From: a virus
Taxonomy: Duplodnaviria > Caudoviricetes
Reading direction: 5' to 3' (one strand)
DNA: 57,719 nt
Virus record (IMG/VR): IMGVR_UViG_3300030389_002117
Coordinates: 1-57,719 of that record
The position numbers and the translations under genes were made by a program. Positions 43,530-53,552 of this stretch are shown here, piece by piece. Numbering within the stretch: the first letter of the stretch is position 1; every line of letters starts with the position of its first letter. The notes under the pieces were generated by a model. That model saw nothing but the letters and a program-made list of their open reading frames with translations. It was not told the origin of the DNA and did not search any database.

Positions 43530-45506
43530 ATGGCAAGTGTATATACAAATGACCTTAGATTAGAAGAGATAGGCACTGGAGAACAGTCCGGTACATGGGG
43601 TGATACAACAAATACAAATTTAGAACTTATTGCAGAGGGATTTAGTTACGGAGCTGAAGCCATAGCAAATGCTTCTACACATACAATTACACTCGCAGAC
43701 GGGACAAGTGACGAAGCACGTTCTTTATTTTTAAAATGCACTGGTGGTGGACAAGCGTGCACAGTTACTTTAGCCCCTAATACAATATCTAAGGTTTGGA
43801 TCGTTGAAAATGCTACAAGTGCTACGTTAACTTTTACCCAAGGTTCTGGTGCGAATGTGGCTGTTGCGGCAGGTAAAGTAAAAGCTATAGCGACGGATGG
43901 TGGAGGTTCAGGGGCTATTGTTTACGATTTATTTACTGATTTATCATTAGCAGGATCTACTAGTTCAGCTACATCCATACAGACTCCTTTAATAGAATTT
44001 ACAGATGGTGATGATGCGATTACAATAGCTGATGGTGGTGGCGTAACCATGGCAAACGGGATTACATCTACAGCCGCAGCCAATACATTTGGTGCTACTA
44101 GTTTTAATGATGCAGACATTACAAATGTTGGAAGTATACAGCTAGATTCGATAGCCGGTGATGGAGATACGAATACAAGTATTACTTTTTCAGGTTCAGA
44201 TGTTATTACGGTTGCAACAGGCGGTACAACTGCCATGACTATAGATGCTTCTCAAAACGTGACAATCGCTGGGGACTTAACAATAACTGGCGATGATCTT
44301 GTTATGGGCACTAACACAGCAGGACACTTACTTATTGCTGACGGCACAAACTTCAACCCAACAGGTGTAGGTGATTTATCAGAAATATCTACTGTTGCAA
44401 ATGATGACGTGTTATTAGCCGTTGACACGTCTGGTGGTGGTTTGAAAAAGGTAACTCGTAGCACGTTAGTCGCAGGGCTTGCGACTTCTTCTGGAATATC
44501 TAATATTGTGGAGGATACTTCTCCTCAGCTTGGAGCTAATTTAGACACTAATTCTCATAATATTTTAATTGACGATGCACATTTTATAGGTGATGAGAAT
44601 GGTAACGAACAGATAATATTTCAAACTACAAGTTCTGCGGTTAATCAGTTTGATGTTACAAACGCTGCCACAGGTAGCCCACCAAAAATATCTGCTACCG
44701 GTGGGGACTCTAATATTGATTTTGATTTAGAAGCAAAAGGCACAGGACATGTAACGGTTAGAGGTAACTCTAATTCTGGGGCAATACAGTTTAATTGTGA
44801 AGCTAATACTCACGGTCAAATTGTTATAGCTCAACCTCATTCTGCTGGCGTTACTAACACACTTACCTTACCTGCAGGAAGCAGTTCTACTTTGGTATCT
44901 CTTGTTTCTACAGATACACTAACAAACAAAACTTTAACAGAACCTAAATTTGCTGATGGTGGCTTTATTGCTGACGCCAACGGGGCAGAAATGTTAGTGT
45001 TTCAAACAGTTAGTTCAGCAGCTAATGCCGTTGAAATAACAAACGCAGCAGCAAGTGGTGCAGTTGTTATAGGAGCCATGGGTAGTGACAGTAATGTAGA
45101 TATTGATATTACACCAAAAGGCACAGGTGAGATAAATATTGCAGCAGGTAATTTAAACTATGCAAGCACCGCTATAACTTCTACAGGTGCTGAACTCAAT
45201 TTAGTAGACGGATCAAGTGCAGGGACGATTGTTAATAGTAAAGCAGTTATTTATGGTTCTTCTGGTGAAGTAAACGCTACAACATTACAGATAGGTGGCA
45301 CGTCAATCACAACCACAGCAGCCGAGATAAATCTAATCGACGGCGGTACATCCAGGGGTACGACTGCATTGGCTGACGGGGACGGTATACTTGTTAATGA
45401 TGCAGGCACAATGAGAATGACCACCGTAGAAACAGTAAGGACTTATATGTCAGCTAATTCAGCAACAACAGGAAAAGCAATCGCTATGGCTTTGGTTTTT
45501 GGATAA
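43530..45506 (+). CDS. Tail fibre protein
   Basis: N-terminal G..SGTWG..TN.N anchor, mosaic Thr/Gly/Ser-rich segments, C-terminal TTGKAIAMALVFG. Confidence 0.8.
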   Translation: MASVYTNDLRLEEIGTGEQSGTWGDTTNTNLELIAEGFSYGAEAIANASTHTITLADGTSDEARSLFLKCTGGGQACTVTLAPNTISKVWIVENATSATLTFTQGSGANVAVAAGKVKAIATDGGGSGAIVYDLFTDLSLAGSTSSATSIQTPLIEFTDGDDAITIADGGGVTMANGITSTAAANTFGATSFNDADITNVGSIQLDSIAGDGDTNTSITFSGSDVITVATGGTTAMTIDASQNVTIAGDLTITGDDLVMGTNTAGHLLIADGTNFNPTGVGDLSEISTVANDDVLLAVDTSGGGLKKVTRSTLVAGLATSSGISNIVEDTSPQLGANLDTNSHNILIDDAHFIGDENGNEQIIFQTTSSAVNQFDVTNAATGSPPKISATGGDSNIDFDLEAKGTGHVTVRGNSNSGAIQFNCEANTHGQIVIAQPHSAGVTNTLTLPAGSSSTLVSLVSTDTLTNKTLTEPKFADGGFIADANGAEMLVFQTVSSAANAVEITNAAASGAVVIGAMGSDSNVDIDITPKGTGEINIAAGNLNYASTAITSTGAELNLVDGSSAGTIVNSKAVIYGSSGEVNATTLQIGGTSITTTAAEINLIDGGTSRGTTALADGDGILVNDAGTMRMTTVETVRTYMSANSATTGKAIAMALVFG

Positions 45507-45519
45507 AAAGGAGTAAAAA

Positions 45520-45894
45520 ATGTCAGCACCAAATTTAGTCAATGTAGCAACGATAACAGCCAAATCAGATTCTCTGTTACTAACTGGAACAAGTGCTACA
45601 AAATTATTAGAAAACACGGCAAGTTCAGGAAAAGTAATTAAAGTAAATTCACTTGTTGTAGCAAACGTAGATGGCTCAAGCGCAGCTACGATTACAGTTG
45701 GGATTTATCCCCAAGATGATATAGCAGGTACACCTGTTCTTATTGCTTCAACAATATCTGTCCCTGCTGATGCTACTTTAGTTGTTATTGATAAAAACAT
45801 GGGTTATTATTTAGAAGAAGACACTTCAATAGGTGTCACAGCAAGTGCAGCAAATGATTTAACTTGTCACGTTACATATGAAGAGTTGTCCTAA
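45520..45894 (+). CDS. Tail-fibre-associated small beta protein (putative adaptor)
   Basis: V.KVNSL.VANVDG, ISVPADATL and YEEL motifs. Similar to 53552-53872. Confidence 0.6.
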   Translation: MSAPNLVNVATITAKSDSLLLTGTSATKLLENTASSGKVIKVNSLVVANVDGSSAATITVGIYPQDDIAGTPVLIASTISVPADATLVVIDKNMGYYLEEDTSIGVTASAANDLTCHVTYEELS

Positions 45895-45905
45895 AGGAGC
45901 AATAA

Positions 45906-46931
45906 ATGGGAACTCGTTATCTAGGTGGATACATAACAGCTACCGAACAAACACCTTCATCATCTTCTGCCACTGGAGTGTGGGATTTAAGAACTCATTC
46001 TAAAGAACTTGTAGCAGACGCTTGGCAAAACCCTACCCCAGCTGGTAGAGCTTTATTTGGTGGTGGTTACGAGTCTGCTGTGGTTAATACAATAGATTTT
46101 GTTGACATAGCCACAACAGGAAACGCTGCTGATTTTGGAGATTTATCAACTGCTGTTTATTACATGGATGCTGTTTCCTCTTCAACAAGAGGAGTTTGGG
46201 GTGGAGGATTTAATGCTGCTGGTTCAACGGTAAACGAGTTGCAATATGTTTCTTTGGGAAGTGCTGGCAATTCACAAGATTTTGGAGATTTAGAAGCAGC
46301 AAATAGACAGCCTATGGCACTTAGTAACAGTACTAGAGGAGTATTTGCCGGTGGACTAAACCCAGGATACTCTAATATTATTCAATATATTACTATAGCA
46401 AACACTGGCAACACTACAGATTTTGGTGATTTAACAGCGTCAAGATTTGGTGGAGCTGGAACAAGTTCATCTACAAGAGGATTATTTATGGGTGGTTGGG
46501 TAGGAGATGCTACTAATGTAATAGATTACATTACGATAGGATCGACAGGAAATGCTACTGACTTTGGTGATTTAACAACTGGTAAGGGTACTTATTTTGG
46601 TGCAACAGGTTCAAGCACTAGAGGTTTAAGCATGGGTGCAATGAGAAGTTCTACTTATTCATACGATAAAGTTGATGTAATTGATTATGTCACAATAGCT
46701 TCAACTGGAAATGCTTCTGATTTTGGAGATTTAAGTTCAGCAAGACACTATAACAGTGCAACTTCTAATAATACAAGAGGTTTGTCAGTTGGAGGTTCAG
46801 ATAGTTCAAATGTTGATATTGTTGAATATGTAACTATAGCGTCTACTGGAAATGCAACAGATTTTGGTAATTTATCAGCTGCTCGAAATGGTTTAGCAGC
46901 TGTTTCAGCAAGTCACGGAGGACTTCAATAA
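45906..46931 (+). CDS. Six-repeat beta-propeller protein (putative receptor-binding/tip)
   Basis: Six ~46-aa repeats I(D/Q)Y(V/I)TIASTGNxxDFG(D/N)L...SSTRG.F.GG. Confidence 0.75.
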   Translation: MGTRYLGGYITATEQTPSSSSATGVWDLRTHSKELVADAWQNPTPAGRALFGGGYESAVVNTIDFVDIATTGNAADFGDLSTAVYYMDAVSSSTRGVWGGGFNAAGSTVNELQYVSLGSAGNSQDFGDLEAANRQPMALSNSTRGVFAGGLNPGYSNIIQYITIANTGNTTDFGDLTASRFGGAGTSSSTRGLFMGGWVGDATNVIDYITIGSTGNATDFGDLTTGKGTYFGATGSSTRGLSMGAMRSSTYSYDKVDVIDYVTIASTGNASDFGDLSSARHYNSATSNNTRGLSVGGSDSSNVDIVEYVTIASTGNATDFGNLSAARNGLAAVSASHGGLQ

Positions 46932-47926
46932 TGGTCAGATATGTTGGAGGAATTATTACAACAGCAAATACTGACCCTACTACTTCTGCATCTAGTGGAG
47001 TGTGGCAGATACAAGAAGCGTTAACGAATATTCAAGGAGAAACTTGGCAAGTTCCTTTACCAGCAGGTAGAGCATTATTTGGTGGTGCTGTTCCAAACGC
47101 ACATAAAACTGATATTGATTATATTGATATCAACACTACTGGTAATGCTCAAGATTTTGGAAACTTAACAGAGGGTGCTTATTATATTACGGCTGTTTCT
47201 TCTTCTACTAGAGGTGTTTGGGCAGGTGGATATCATCCTAGCCGTAAAGACGTTATTCAATATGTTACGATCGCAAGCACTGGTGATTCAACTGATTTTG
47301 GAGATTTAAGTGAAACTGCTTATCTTGGAAATGGTTTTTCAAATACCACAAGAGGAGTGATGGCTCTTGGAAATACTGGTAGTGCTACCAATATCATAGA
47401 ATATATTACGATCGCAAGCACTGGTAATTCAACTGACTTTGGAGATACCACTGAGGCTCGTTTTGGTATGGGTGGCTTTAGCTCACCAACAAGGGGTATA
47501 TTTTCAGGTGGTAATTCTGGTAGTAGAGTTAATACTATTGATTATGTCACTATTGCTTCAGCAGGTAATGCAACTGACTTTGGCGATTTATTAGCAGTAA
47601 ACAGTAGAGGTGATGGAACAAGTTCTAGCACCAGAGGGTTACATCTAGGAGGAAATACTGGAAGTTATTCAAACGTAATACAATATGTAACGATTGCTTC
47701 TACTGGTGATGCCACCGACTTTGGTGATTTAAGTGCAGCAAAAGAAGAAAACTCAGCAACATCTAATGGAATAAGAGCTGTAAATGCAGGTGGTGAATAT
47801 GCTTACACTAGAACAATCGATTATGTGACAATCGCTTCAACAGGAAATGCTCAAGATTTTGGTGATTTAACAACAGATAAAAGTTCGCATGGAGCTTGTT
47901 CAGAAGGTCATGGAGGATTAGGATAA
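46931..47926 (+). CDS. Second six-repeat beta-propeller paralog
   Basis: Same repeat six times, same N-terminal RY.GG.IT..GVW and C-terminal HGGL. Confidence 0.75.
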   Translation: MVRYVGGIITTANTDPTTSASSGVWQIQEALTNIQGETWQVPLPAGRALFGGAVPNAHKTDIDYIDINTTGNAQDFGNLTEGAYYITAVSSSTRGVWAGGYHPSRKDVIQYVTIASTGDSTDFGDLSETAYLGNGFSNTTRGVMALGNTGSATNIIEYITIASTGNSTDFGDTTEARFGMGGFSSPTRGIFSGGNSGSRVNTIDYVTIASAGNATDFGDLLAVNSRGDGTSSSTRGLHLGGNTGSYSNVIQYVTIASTGDATDFGDLSAAKEENSATSNGIRAVNAGGEYAYTRTIDYVTIASTGNAQDFGDLTTDKSSHGACSEGHGGLG

Positions 47927-48270
47927 TGGCGTATAAAGTGATAAAATATAGATTAGAAGCAGATGGTACGATACCAACTTATTTAAAGTTTGGTGTCACT
48001 CAATTAACAGGAGGAATGTACCCTGTTTTTGATAGTGGCACGGCTAGTCCAAGAGATTATGTTATGCTTGGTATAGCAGATGATGGAGCTGATATATCAA
48101 CATCAGAAGGAGAGATAGCTAGTAAAGATGACTTAACAAGTTACCTTACAACAGCAAGTAATGGCAAAGGTTGGAAGCAAATCGCAAGCGATGGAAGTGA
48201 AGAAAATTTTGTACCTGCTGATGCTTCTACAGCAATATGGAACGATTTAACAACCTTAAATGGTGGATAG
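47926..48270 (+). CDS. Hypothetical protein
   Basis: Start moved to the TAATG-coupled ATG 47926 (MAYKVIKYRL..DGTIP). Confidence 0.7.
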   Translation: MAYKVIKYRLEADGTIPTYLKFGVTQLTGGMYPVFDSGTASPRDYVMLGIADDGADISTSEGEIASKDDLTSYLTTASNGKGWKQIASDGSEENFVPADASTAIWNDLTTLNGG

Positions 48271-49099
48271 TATGAAAAATAGTTTAACTGTTAAAAATTT
48301 AGAAAACACACTTACAGATGTAAAACCTGAATATAGAACTATGTTGAAAAACATAGAAGATAAAATGCCTGCCGTGCAACAAGCATCAAGTAATTTTTAT
48401 AAATCCCACTCACAGTTTATGAATGTTATGCTTGACGTTACAGCTATCACACCAATACGTTCAATCAAACATTCTTTAGCTGAAATAGAAAAAACAAAAA
48501 GTGCTTTGCAAGAAGCTCAAATTAATATGGAAAAACAAAAGATAAAAATTAAAAAGAAACAAAGAAAATTATTAAAGTGTAAAGATGATTTAGATAGAGA
48601 GATGCTACAGGTTAAAATATTTGAAGCTCAAACAGGTTTGGCAAACTCTCAAAATAATGTTCAAGCTGCAATAAGAAAGTTGAACTTTTTTGTTAATCAA
48701 TATGAAAGTTTGCTTGAGCATCTTGGGGTTACAGAAATTACAGAAGAAATGTACGAAAAAGAGGAATATAAATATCATATTATGACTTGCATGAAACAAG
48801 CCTTAAACTCAGCTCGACCAAGAGGAGGTATGATTGACGAAGGTAATATGATTTATATATTTGATTTAGGTATTAATGGTGCTCAAGCACAACTTGAAGT
48901 TATAAATTATTTAGAAGCTGAAAACGAAATTGTTAAGAGTGGCAAAGAGCCAACACATGAAATGACGATGAAATGGTTAGAAGCTTGTGCAGAGAGATGG
49001 GCAAATGATTCTAAAGTATTTGCAGAACGTAGGGGATTTAAACTACTTGACGAAGAATCTTTAACTAATAAACCGAAAATAACATATGCAGCTGAATAA
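48260..49099 (+). CDS. Coiled-coil protein (possible assembly chaperone)
   Basis: 279 aa with a long heptad region, SHSQF and G.IDEGN motifs. Confidence 0.65.
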   Translation: MVDSMKNSLTVKNLENTLTDVKPEYRTMLKNIEDKMPAVQQASSNFYKSHSQFMNVMLDVTAITPIRSIKHSLAEIEKTKSALQEAQINMEKQKIKIKKKQRKLLKCKDDLDREMLQVKIFEAQTGLANSQNNVQAAIRKLNFFVNQYESLLEHLGVTEITEEMYEKEEYKYHIMTCMKQALNSARPRGGMIDEGNMIYIFDLGINGAQAQLEVINYLEAENEIVKSGKEPTHEMTMKWLEACAERWANDSKVFAERRGFKLLDEESLTNKPKITYAAE

Positions 49100-49107
49100 G
49101 GAGTATT

Positions 49108-49539
49108 ATGCCTGATCCATTAACAATAGGACTCGCTGCATTTGCAGCCATAAAAAAAGGTATTGAGATAGGAAAAGACCTTTCTCAAATGTCCAAAGAT
49201 TTTGGGCAGCTGTATGATTTCATTGATGAACAAAAAGAAATAAAGAAAAAAGGTAGCAAGAACGATGTCTTAGCTAATTACATCGCTTATGAAAAAGCAA
49301 TGGATATGGAGAGGGAGCTTACTCGAATTATACAACAAACGAGAGGAGCTTCTGGTCTTAGAAAATTTAAACAAATGCAACAACAGGCAAAAGAGCAAGA
49401 AAGACAAAGTAAATATGCAGCTATGCAACGTGCAGAAAATATTAAACAAATTTTAGGAATTACTTTTGGTGCGTTATTATTTATAGGAGCTTTGGCTGCA
49501 TTAATATATTTTGCTGTTAAATATAGTGATAAGGTATGA
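49108..49539 (+). CDS. Membrane-anchored hypothetical protein
   Basis: AAGGAG SD, DP.T...A.F..IKKG N-terminus, coiled coil, C-terminal transmembrane helix. Confidence 0.7.
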   Translation: MPDPLTIGLAAFAAIKKGIEIGKDLSQMSKDFGQLYDFIDEQKEIKKKGSKNDVLANYIAYEKAMDMERELTRIIQQTRGASGLRKFKQMQQQAKEQERQSKYAAMQRAENIKQILGITFGALLFIGALAALIYFAVKYSDKV

Positions 49540-49631
49540 TTAATAATATTAACATATTTCTAGTAATGATTTTAGCCGCCGCTTGGCTTGTTGCTATTTA
49601 TTTTCCCCCTAAATGGTTAATAATAAAATGA
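49536..49631 (+). CDS. 31-aa transmembrane peptide (not in ORF track)
   Basis: MINNINIFLVMILAAAWLVAIYFPPKWLIIK. ATGA overlaps at both ends. Confidence 0.55.
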   Translation: MINNINIFLVMILAAAWLVAIYFPPKWLIIK

Positions 49632-50035
49632 TAGATAGTTTTCATGTTGATAGAAGAAAAAATAAAATGAAAAAATTAGATCCCGATAGCGAGTTTAACA
49701 AAGCAGATAAAAATGGTGACGATGTAATAAGTCATCAAGAATTAGAAGATGAAATCCTTCGAAAGAATGCTTCTCTTGATAGAGAAGAGCGTAGAATACG
49801 CATGGAAAATGCTGACAAGAAAGAAGATCAGCAACGCTACATGGTTTGGTTTTCTATGCTTACAGTAACAATTTTAATTATTGTCGTTCTTATACCAGGT
49901 TTAATACCTGTTGAAAGGCTCGATCATATTGGACCGATACTAAGTACATTTTTAATTTCGAATATGGGTGTGATTGGCACATTCTTTGGTCTTTCTGCAT
50001 GGACTAAAAATAAAACAATGGAAAATGGTAAATGA
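49628..50035 (+). CDS. EF-hand plus two-transmembrane protein
   Basis: DKNGDDVISHQE matches the canonical 12-residue EF loop. Two hydrophobic helices. Start at 49628 (ATGA-coupled) or 49667. Confidence 0.65.
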   Translation: MIDSFHVDRRKNKMKKLDPDSEFNKADKNGDDVISHQELEDEILRKNASLDREERRIRMENADKKEDQQRYMVWFSMLTVTILIIVVLIPGLIPVERLDHIGPILSTFLISNMGVIGTFFGLSAWTKNKTMENGK

Positions 50036-50196
50036 GATGTTGGCATTGTAAAACAGAACTAATTTGGGGTGGAGATCACGATATTGAGGAAGAAGAAGAT
50101 TACTATGAGATGGTAACAAATTTAAGCTGCCCAAAATGTGATACTCATGTTGACGTTTATTTACCTAAAAAACACTTTAGGGAGAGAGAAGAATGA
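50032..50196 (+). CDS. 54-aa Zn-ribbon protein (not in ORF track)
   Basis: MRCWHCKTELIWGGDHD...NLSCPKCD... ATGA overlaps at both ends. Confidence 0.7.
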   Translation: MRCWHCKTELIWGGDHDIEEEEDYYEMVTNLSCPKCDTHVDVYLPKKHFREREE

Positions 50197-50594
50197 GTTT
50201 GATAGGACAACTAGTAGGACCAGTAAGTAGCATTCTTGATAAAGTTATTGAGGATAAAGATCAGAAAGCAAAACTCGCACATGAGATTGCAACGATGTCT
50301 GATACTCATGCTCAACAAGCTTTACTGGCACAACTTGAAATTAATAAAGCTGAAGCACAATCAGGTAGTTTATTTAAGGGCGGCTGGCGCCCCGCAGTTG
50401 GTTGGATTTCTGCGCTTGCGTTCCTGTACCATTTTATACTACAACCTTGTATTATTTTTTTAGCTACTTTATTTGGTGCAGAAATACCTGAACTTCCAGA
50501 GTTTGAAATGGGAACTCTCTTAACTGTATTGGGAGGGATGCTTGGTATCGGTGGTTTGAGGACCTATGAAAAACAAAAAAAACTTACAAAGTAA
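50193..50594 (+). CDS. Holin (3TM/GTA-holin-like)
   Basis: Q.EINK.EA, GWRPAVGW and GMLG.GGLRTYEK motifs. Upstream of the endolysin. Confidence 0.8.
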   Translation: MSLIGQLVGPVSSILDKVIEDKDQKAKLAHEIATMSDTHAQQALLAQLEINKAEAQSGSLFKGGWRPAVGWISALAFLYHFILQPCIIFLATLFGAEIPELPEFEMGTLLTVLGGMLGIGGLRTYEKQKKLTK

Positions 50595-50730
50595 AAGTGT
50601 TTGCGAGGTATGTAAAACAGAAAAAAATAAATATTGGGTTTATAAAATAAATAAAACTTGGGTAGAAATGGATGAAGTTTGTCTAGCGTGTTTAAAAAAA
50701 GAAAGAGAAAAAAATGGAAAAAAACTTTAA
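50566..50730 (+). CDS. 54-aa CxxC...CxxC protein (not in ORF track)
   Basis: GAGGA SD. ...VCEVCKTEK...VCLACLKK... Fills the holin-endolysin gap. Confidence 0.55.
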   Translation: MKNKKNLQSKSVCEVCKTEKNKYWVYKINKTWVEMDEVCLACLKKEREKNGKKL

Positions 50731-51223
50731 TTTATCTCTAAGAATGTTATTAAAACATGAGGGAGGTTATGTTAATCACCCACGAGACCCTGGAGGAGAA
50801 ACTAATCATGGCGTGACTCGTAACGTGTGGGAACGATGGGTAGGACGACCCGTAAAAGATGGAGAGATGAAAAATTTAACGCAAGAAGATGTTGCACCTG
50901 TGTATAAAGAGCAATACTGGAATCGACTCAAAGGAGATTTACTTCCTGGCGGGTTAGACTTTTTTCTTTTTGATTGGGGCGTAAACAGCGGAACAAGTCG
51001 TAGTGCAAAAGCTTTGCAGGGGATTATAGGGGCAACTCAAGATGGAGGAATAGGTCCTAATACGTTGAAAAAGCTAAGTGACTATGATACAAAAGAAGTA
51101 TTACACAAGATGCACGACAAAAGACAGGGGTTTTATGAGGGATTAAACACATTTGATACCTTTGGAAAAGGTTGGACAAGACGTAACAAAGAAGCATTAG
51201 AACAATCACTTGAATTAATTTAG
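50714..51223 (+). CDS. Endolysin, glycoside hydrolase family 108
   Basis: HEGGYVNHPRDPGGETNHGVT, FDWGVNSG, DG.IGP.T and FGKGWTRR. Confidence 0.92.
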   Translation: MEKNFNLSLRMLLKHEGGYVNHPRDPGGETNHGVTRNVWERWVGRPVKDGEMKNLTQEDVAPVYKEQYWNRLKGDLLPGGLDFFLFDWGVNSGTSRSAKALQGIIGATQDGGIGPNTLKKLSDYDTKEVLHKMHDKRQGFYEGLNTFDTFGKGWTRRNKEALEQSLELI

Positions 51224-51231
51224 AGAATACT

Positions 51232-53367
51232 ATGCCCATAAGAAAGTTAACATTTAGACCTGGAGTTAATAGAGAAAACACTCGGTATGCTAGTGAGAAT
51301 GGTTGGTACGAGTGCAATAATGTTAGGTTTAGACAGGGTAGTCCTGAGAAAATAGGTGGTTGGAAACAGATAAATTCTACTACATTTGATGGGATAGCAA
51401 GATCTCTTCATAATTGGATTACGTTAACAGGGCAAAACTTAATAGGTGTGGGCACTAACCTTAAATTTGTTATTGAAAATGGTGGAGCTTACAATGATGT
51501 TACTCCTATACGAACAACGACATCTGCAGGCGATGTAACTTTTAGTGCTTCGAATACAACATTAAGTGCAGACGTTACTTCCGCCAGTGCAACCACCATA
51601 GCGATAACAGATGCTACGGGGTTTCCTATATCTGGGAAAGTTTTAATAGGTAGTGAAATTGTAGATTACACAGGTATAACTGATAACACGTTAACAGGCT
51701 GCACAAGAGGGGCATCTAAGTTGGTTGATGATGTGTCAACAAGTACAACTGCAGCTACGCACAGTTCTGGAGCAGCTGTAACGTGTTTTACTATATTAGT
51801 AACAGATTCAAATCATGGGGCAACTGAAAATGATTTTGTAACTTTTAGTGGGGCAGCTACTTTGGGTGGTAACTTCACAGCTTCTGTTTTAAATCAAAAT
51901 TATCAAGTTGTAGCTGTGGAAACAGCAGACACATACACTATAACCGCTAAAAGTTTTAGTGAAGATACTTTAAAATTTACAAACGTGGCTTCTACTTCGT
52001 CAGACTCAGGGAACGGAGGAAGCAGTGTAGTTGGAGCGTATGAATTAACAACAACGGCAACGTCATCTACAGAGTTGACGGGTTGGGGTGCCGGTGGCTG
52101 GGGTGCAGGACCTTGGAGTTCTGGAGAACAAAGCACAGAAGTTCTTCGTTTATGGGCACAAACTAATTTTGGAGAAGATTTAATTTTTGGTCCAAGAGGA
52201 GGACGTTTATATTATTGGGACGCAAGTGTAGAAACTCCGTTTAGCACAAGAGCTGTCGAGCTATCTACACGAGCAGGTGCTTCAGACGTACCTGTGGTGC
52301 AGAATAACATTCTTGTATCTGATATAAATAGATTTGTTTTTTGTTTTGGAACAAATAGTATTGGTTCCTCTACTCGTGACCCCATGTTAATACGTTGGTC
52401 AGACCAAGAAAGTGCTGTAAACTGGACACCGGCTGCTACAAACCAAGCAGGTAGTTTACGTTTATCTCGTGGAACAGAGATAGTAACAGCATCACAAGCT
52501 CGACAAGAGGTTCTTGTCTGGACGGATTCTTCTTTATATTCTTTACAATATGTGGGTATAGGTTCAGGTGTATGGGGCGCTCAACTCGTAGGTGAAAAGA
52601 TATCCATAGCTTCTCAAAACTCTGTTGCTTATGCTAACGGTGTTGCGTATTGGATGGGCACAGATAAATTTTATCAGTATGATGGTCGTACACGCACACT
52701 GCCTTGTGATATTCGTAGGTATATTTTTACCGACATAAATGCAGAACAATACACTCAAGTTTTTGGAGGCAGTAACGAAGGGTTTAATGAAGTTTGGTGG
52801 TTTTATTGTTCGGCTAATTCTAGTAACATAGATAGATACGTTATCTATAATTACGCAGAAAACATTTGGTATTATGGAAATATGGCACGTTCTGCATGGT
52901 TAGACTCAGGGCTACGTGACTTTCCATTAGCAGCCACATATAACTCCAGATTAGTAAACCATGAAGAGGGTGTAGATGACAATGAAACAGGCACAGCAGC
53001 TGCCATATCCTCTTTTATTACTTCTGCTGAGTTTGATTTAGATGATGGGCACCAATTTATGTTGACTTCTCGCATGGTGCCTGATGTATCTTTTGAAGGG
53101 TCCACGGCATCAAACCCTGTCATAGATATGACTTTATTTGGTTTAAGTTTTTCAGGTTCTGGGTTCAATGACCCTGCCTCAGAGAGTGGAGTAAACACAG
53201 GTGCAGTAACTCGCACAGCTACGTCACCTGTAGAAGTTTATACTACGCAAATACACACGAGAGTTCGAGGTCGCCAAATGGCTATGAAGATTGAATCTTC
53301 TACCACAGGTGTACAATGGCAGTTGGGTAGTCCTCGAATAGATGTTCGTCCAGACGGGAGAAGATAA
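51232..53367 (+). CDS. Tail tubular protein B/nozzle-like (P22 gp10-like) protein
   Basis: 711 aa, beta-rich, IRWSDQE, YWMG..FY.YDG and EVWWFY motifs. Precedes the ejection genes. Confidence 0.7.
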   Translation: MPIRKLTFRPGVNRENTRYASENGWYECNNVRFRQGSPEKIGGWKQINSTTFDGIARSLHNWITLTGQNLIGVGTNLKFVIENGGAYNDVTPIRTTTSAGDVTFSASNTTLSADVTSASATTIAITDATGFPISGKVLIGSEIVDYTGITDNTLTGCTRGASKLVDDVSTSTTAATHSSGAAVTCFTILVTDSNHGATENDFVTFSGAATLGGNFTASVLNQNYQVVAVETADTYTITAKSFSEDTLKFTNVASTSSDSGNGGSSVVGAYELTTTATSSTELTGWGAGGWGAGPWSSGEQSTEVLRLWAQTNFGEDLIFGPRGGRLYYWDASVETPFSTRAVELSTRAGASDVPVVQNNILVSDINRFVFCFGTNSIGSSTRDPMLIRWSDQESAVNWTPAATNQAGSLRLSRGTEIVTASQARQEVLVWTDSSLYSLQYVGIGSGVWGAQLVGEKISIASQNSVAYANGVAYWMGTDKFYQYDGRTRTLPCDIRRYIFTDINAEQYTQVFGGSNEGFNEVWWFYCSANSSNIDRYVIYNYAENIWYYGNMARSAWLDSGLRDFPLAATYNSRLVNHEEGVDDNETGTAAAISSFITSAEFDLDDGHQFMLTSRMVPDVSFEGSTASNPVIDMTLFGLSFSGSGFNDPASESGVNTGAVTRTATSPVEVYTTQIHTRVRGRQMAMKIESSTTGVQWQLGSPRIDVRPDGRR

Positions 53368-53552
53368 TGCCTACAGAATATACAGTACAATTTAAAGCTC
53401 CGGCTTTACCATATCCTCCAGAAGAATATGACGCTGCTAGCTTTAATCAATTTAACAGTGTTTTACGTTTATATTTTGAACAGCTAGACAACACATTAAG
53501 AGATACTAGCATTATAGATAAATCAGATGCTCAAGGGTGGTTTTTAGGATAA
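53367..53552 (+). CDS. Hypothetical protein
   Basis: 61 aa, P.LP.PP.EY..LRLYF..LD, ends WFLG. TAATG-coupled on both sides. Confidence 0.7.
   Translation: MPTEYTVQFKAPALPYPPEEYDAASFNQFNSVLRLYFEQLDNTLRDTSIIDKSDAQGWFLG

Noticed and set aside
45906-47926. Diversity-generating retroelement (TR/VR pair)
   Set aside because: No reverse transcriptase. The repeats are coding propeller blades that differ at all base types, not only at adenines.
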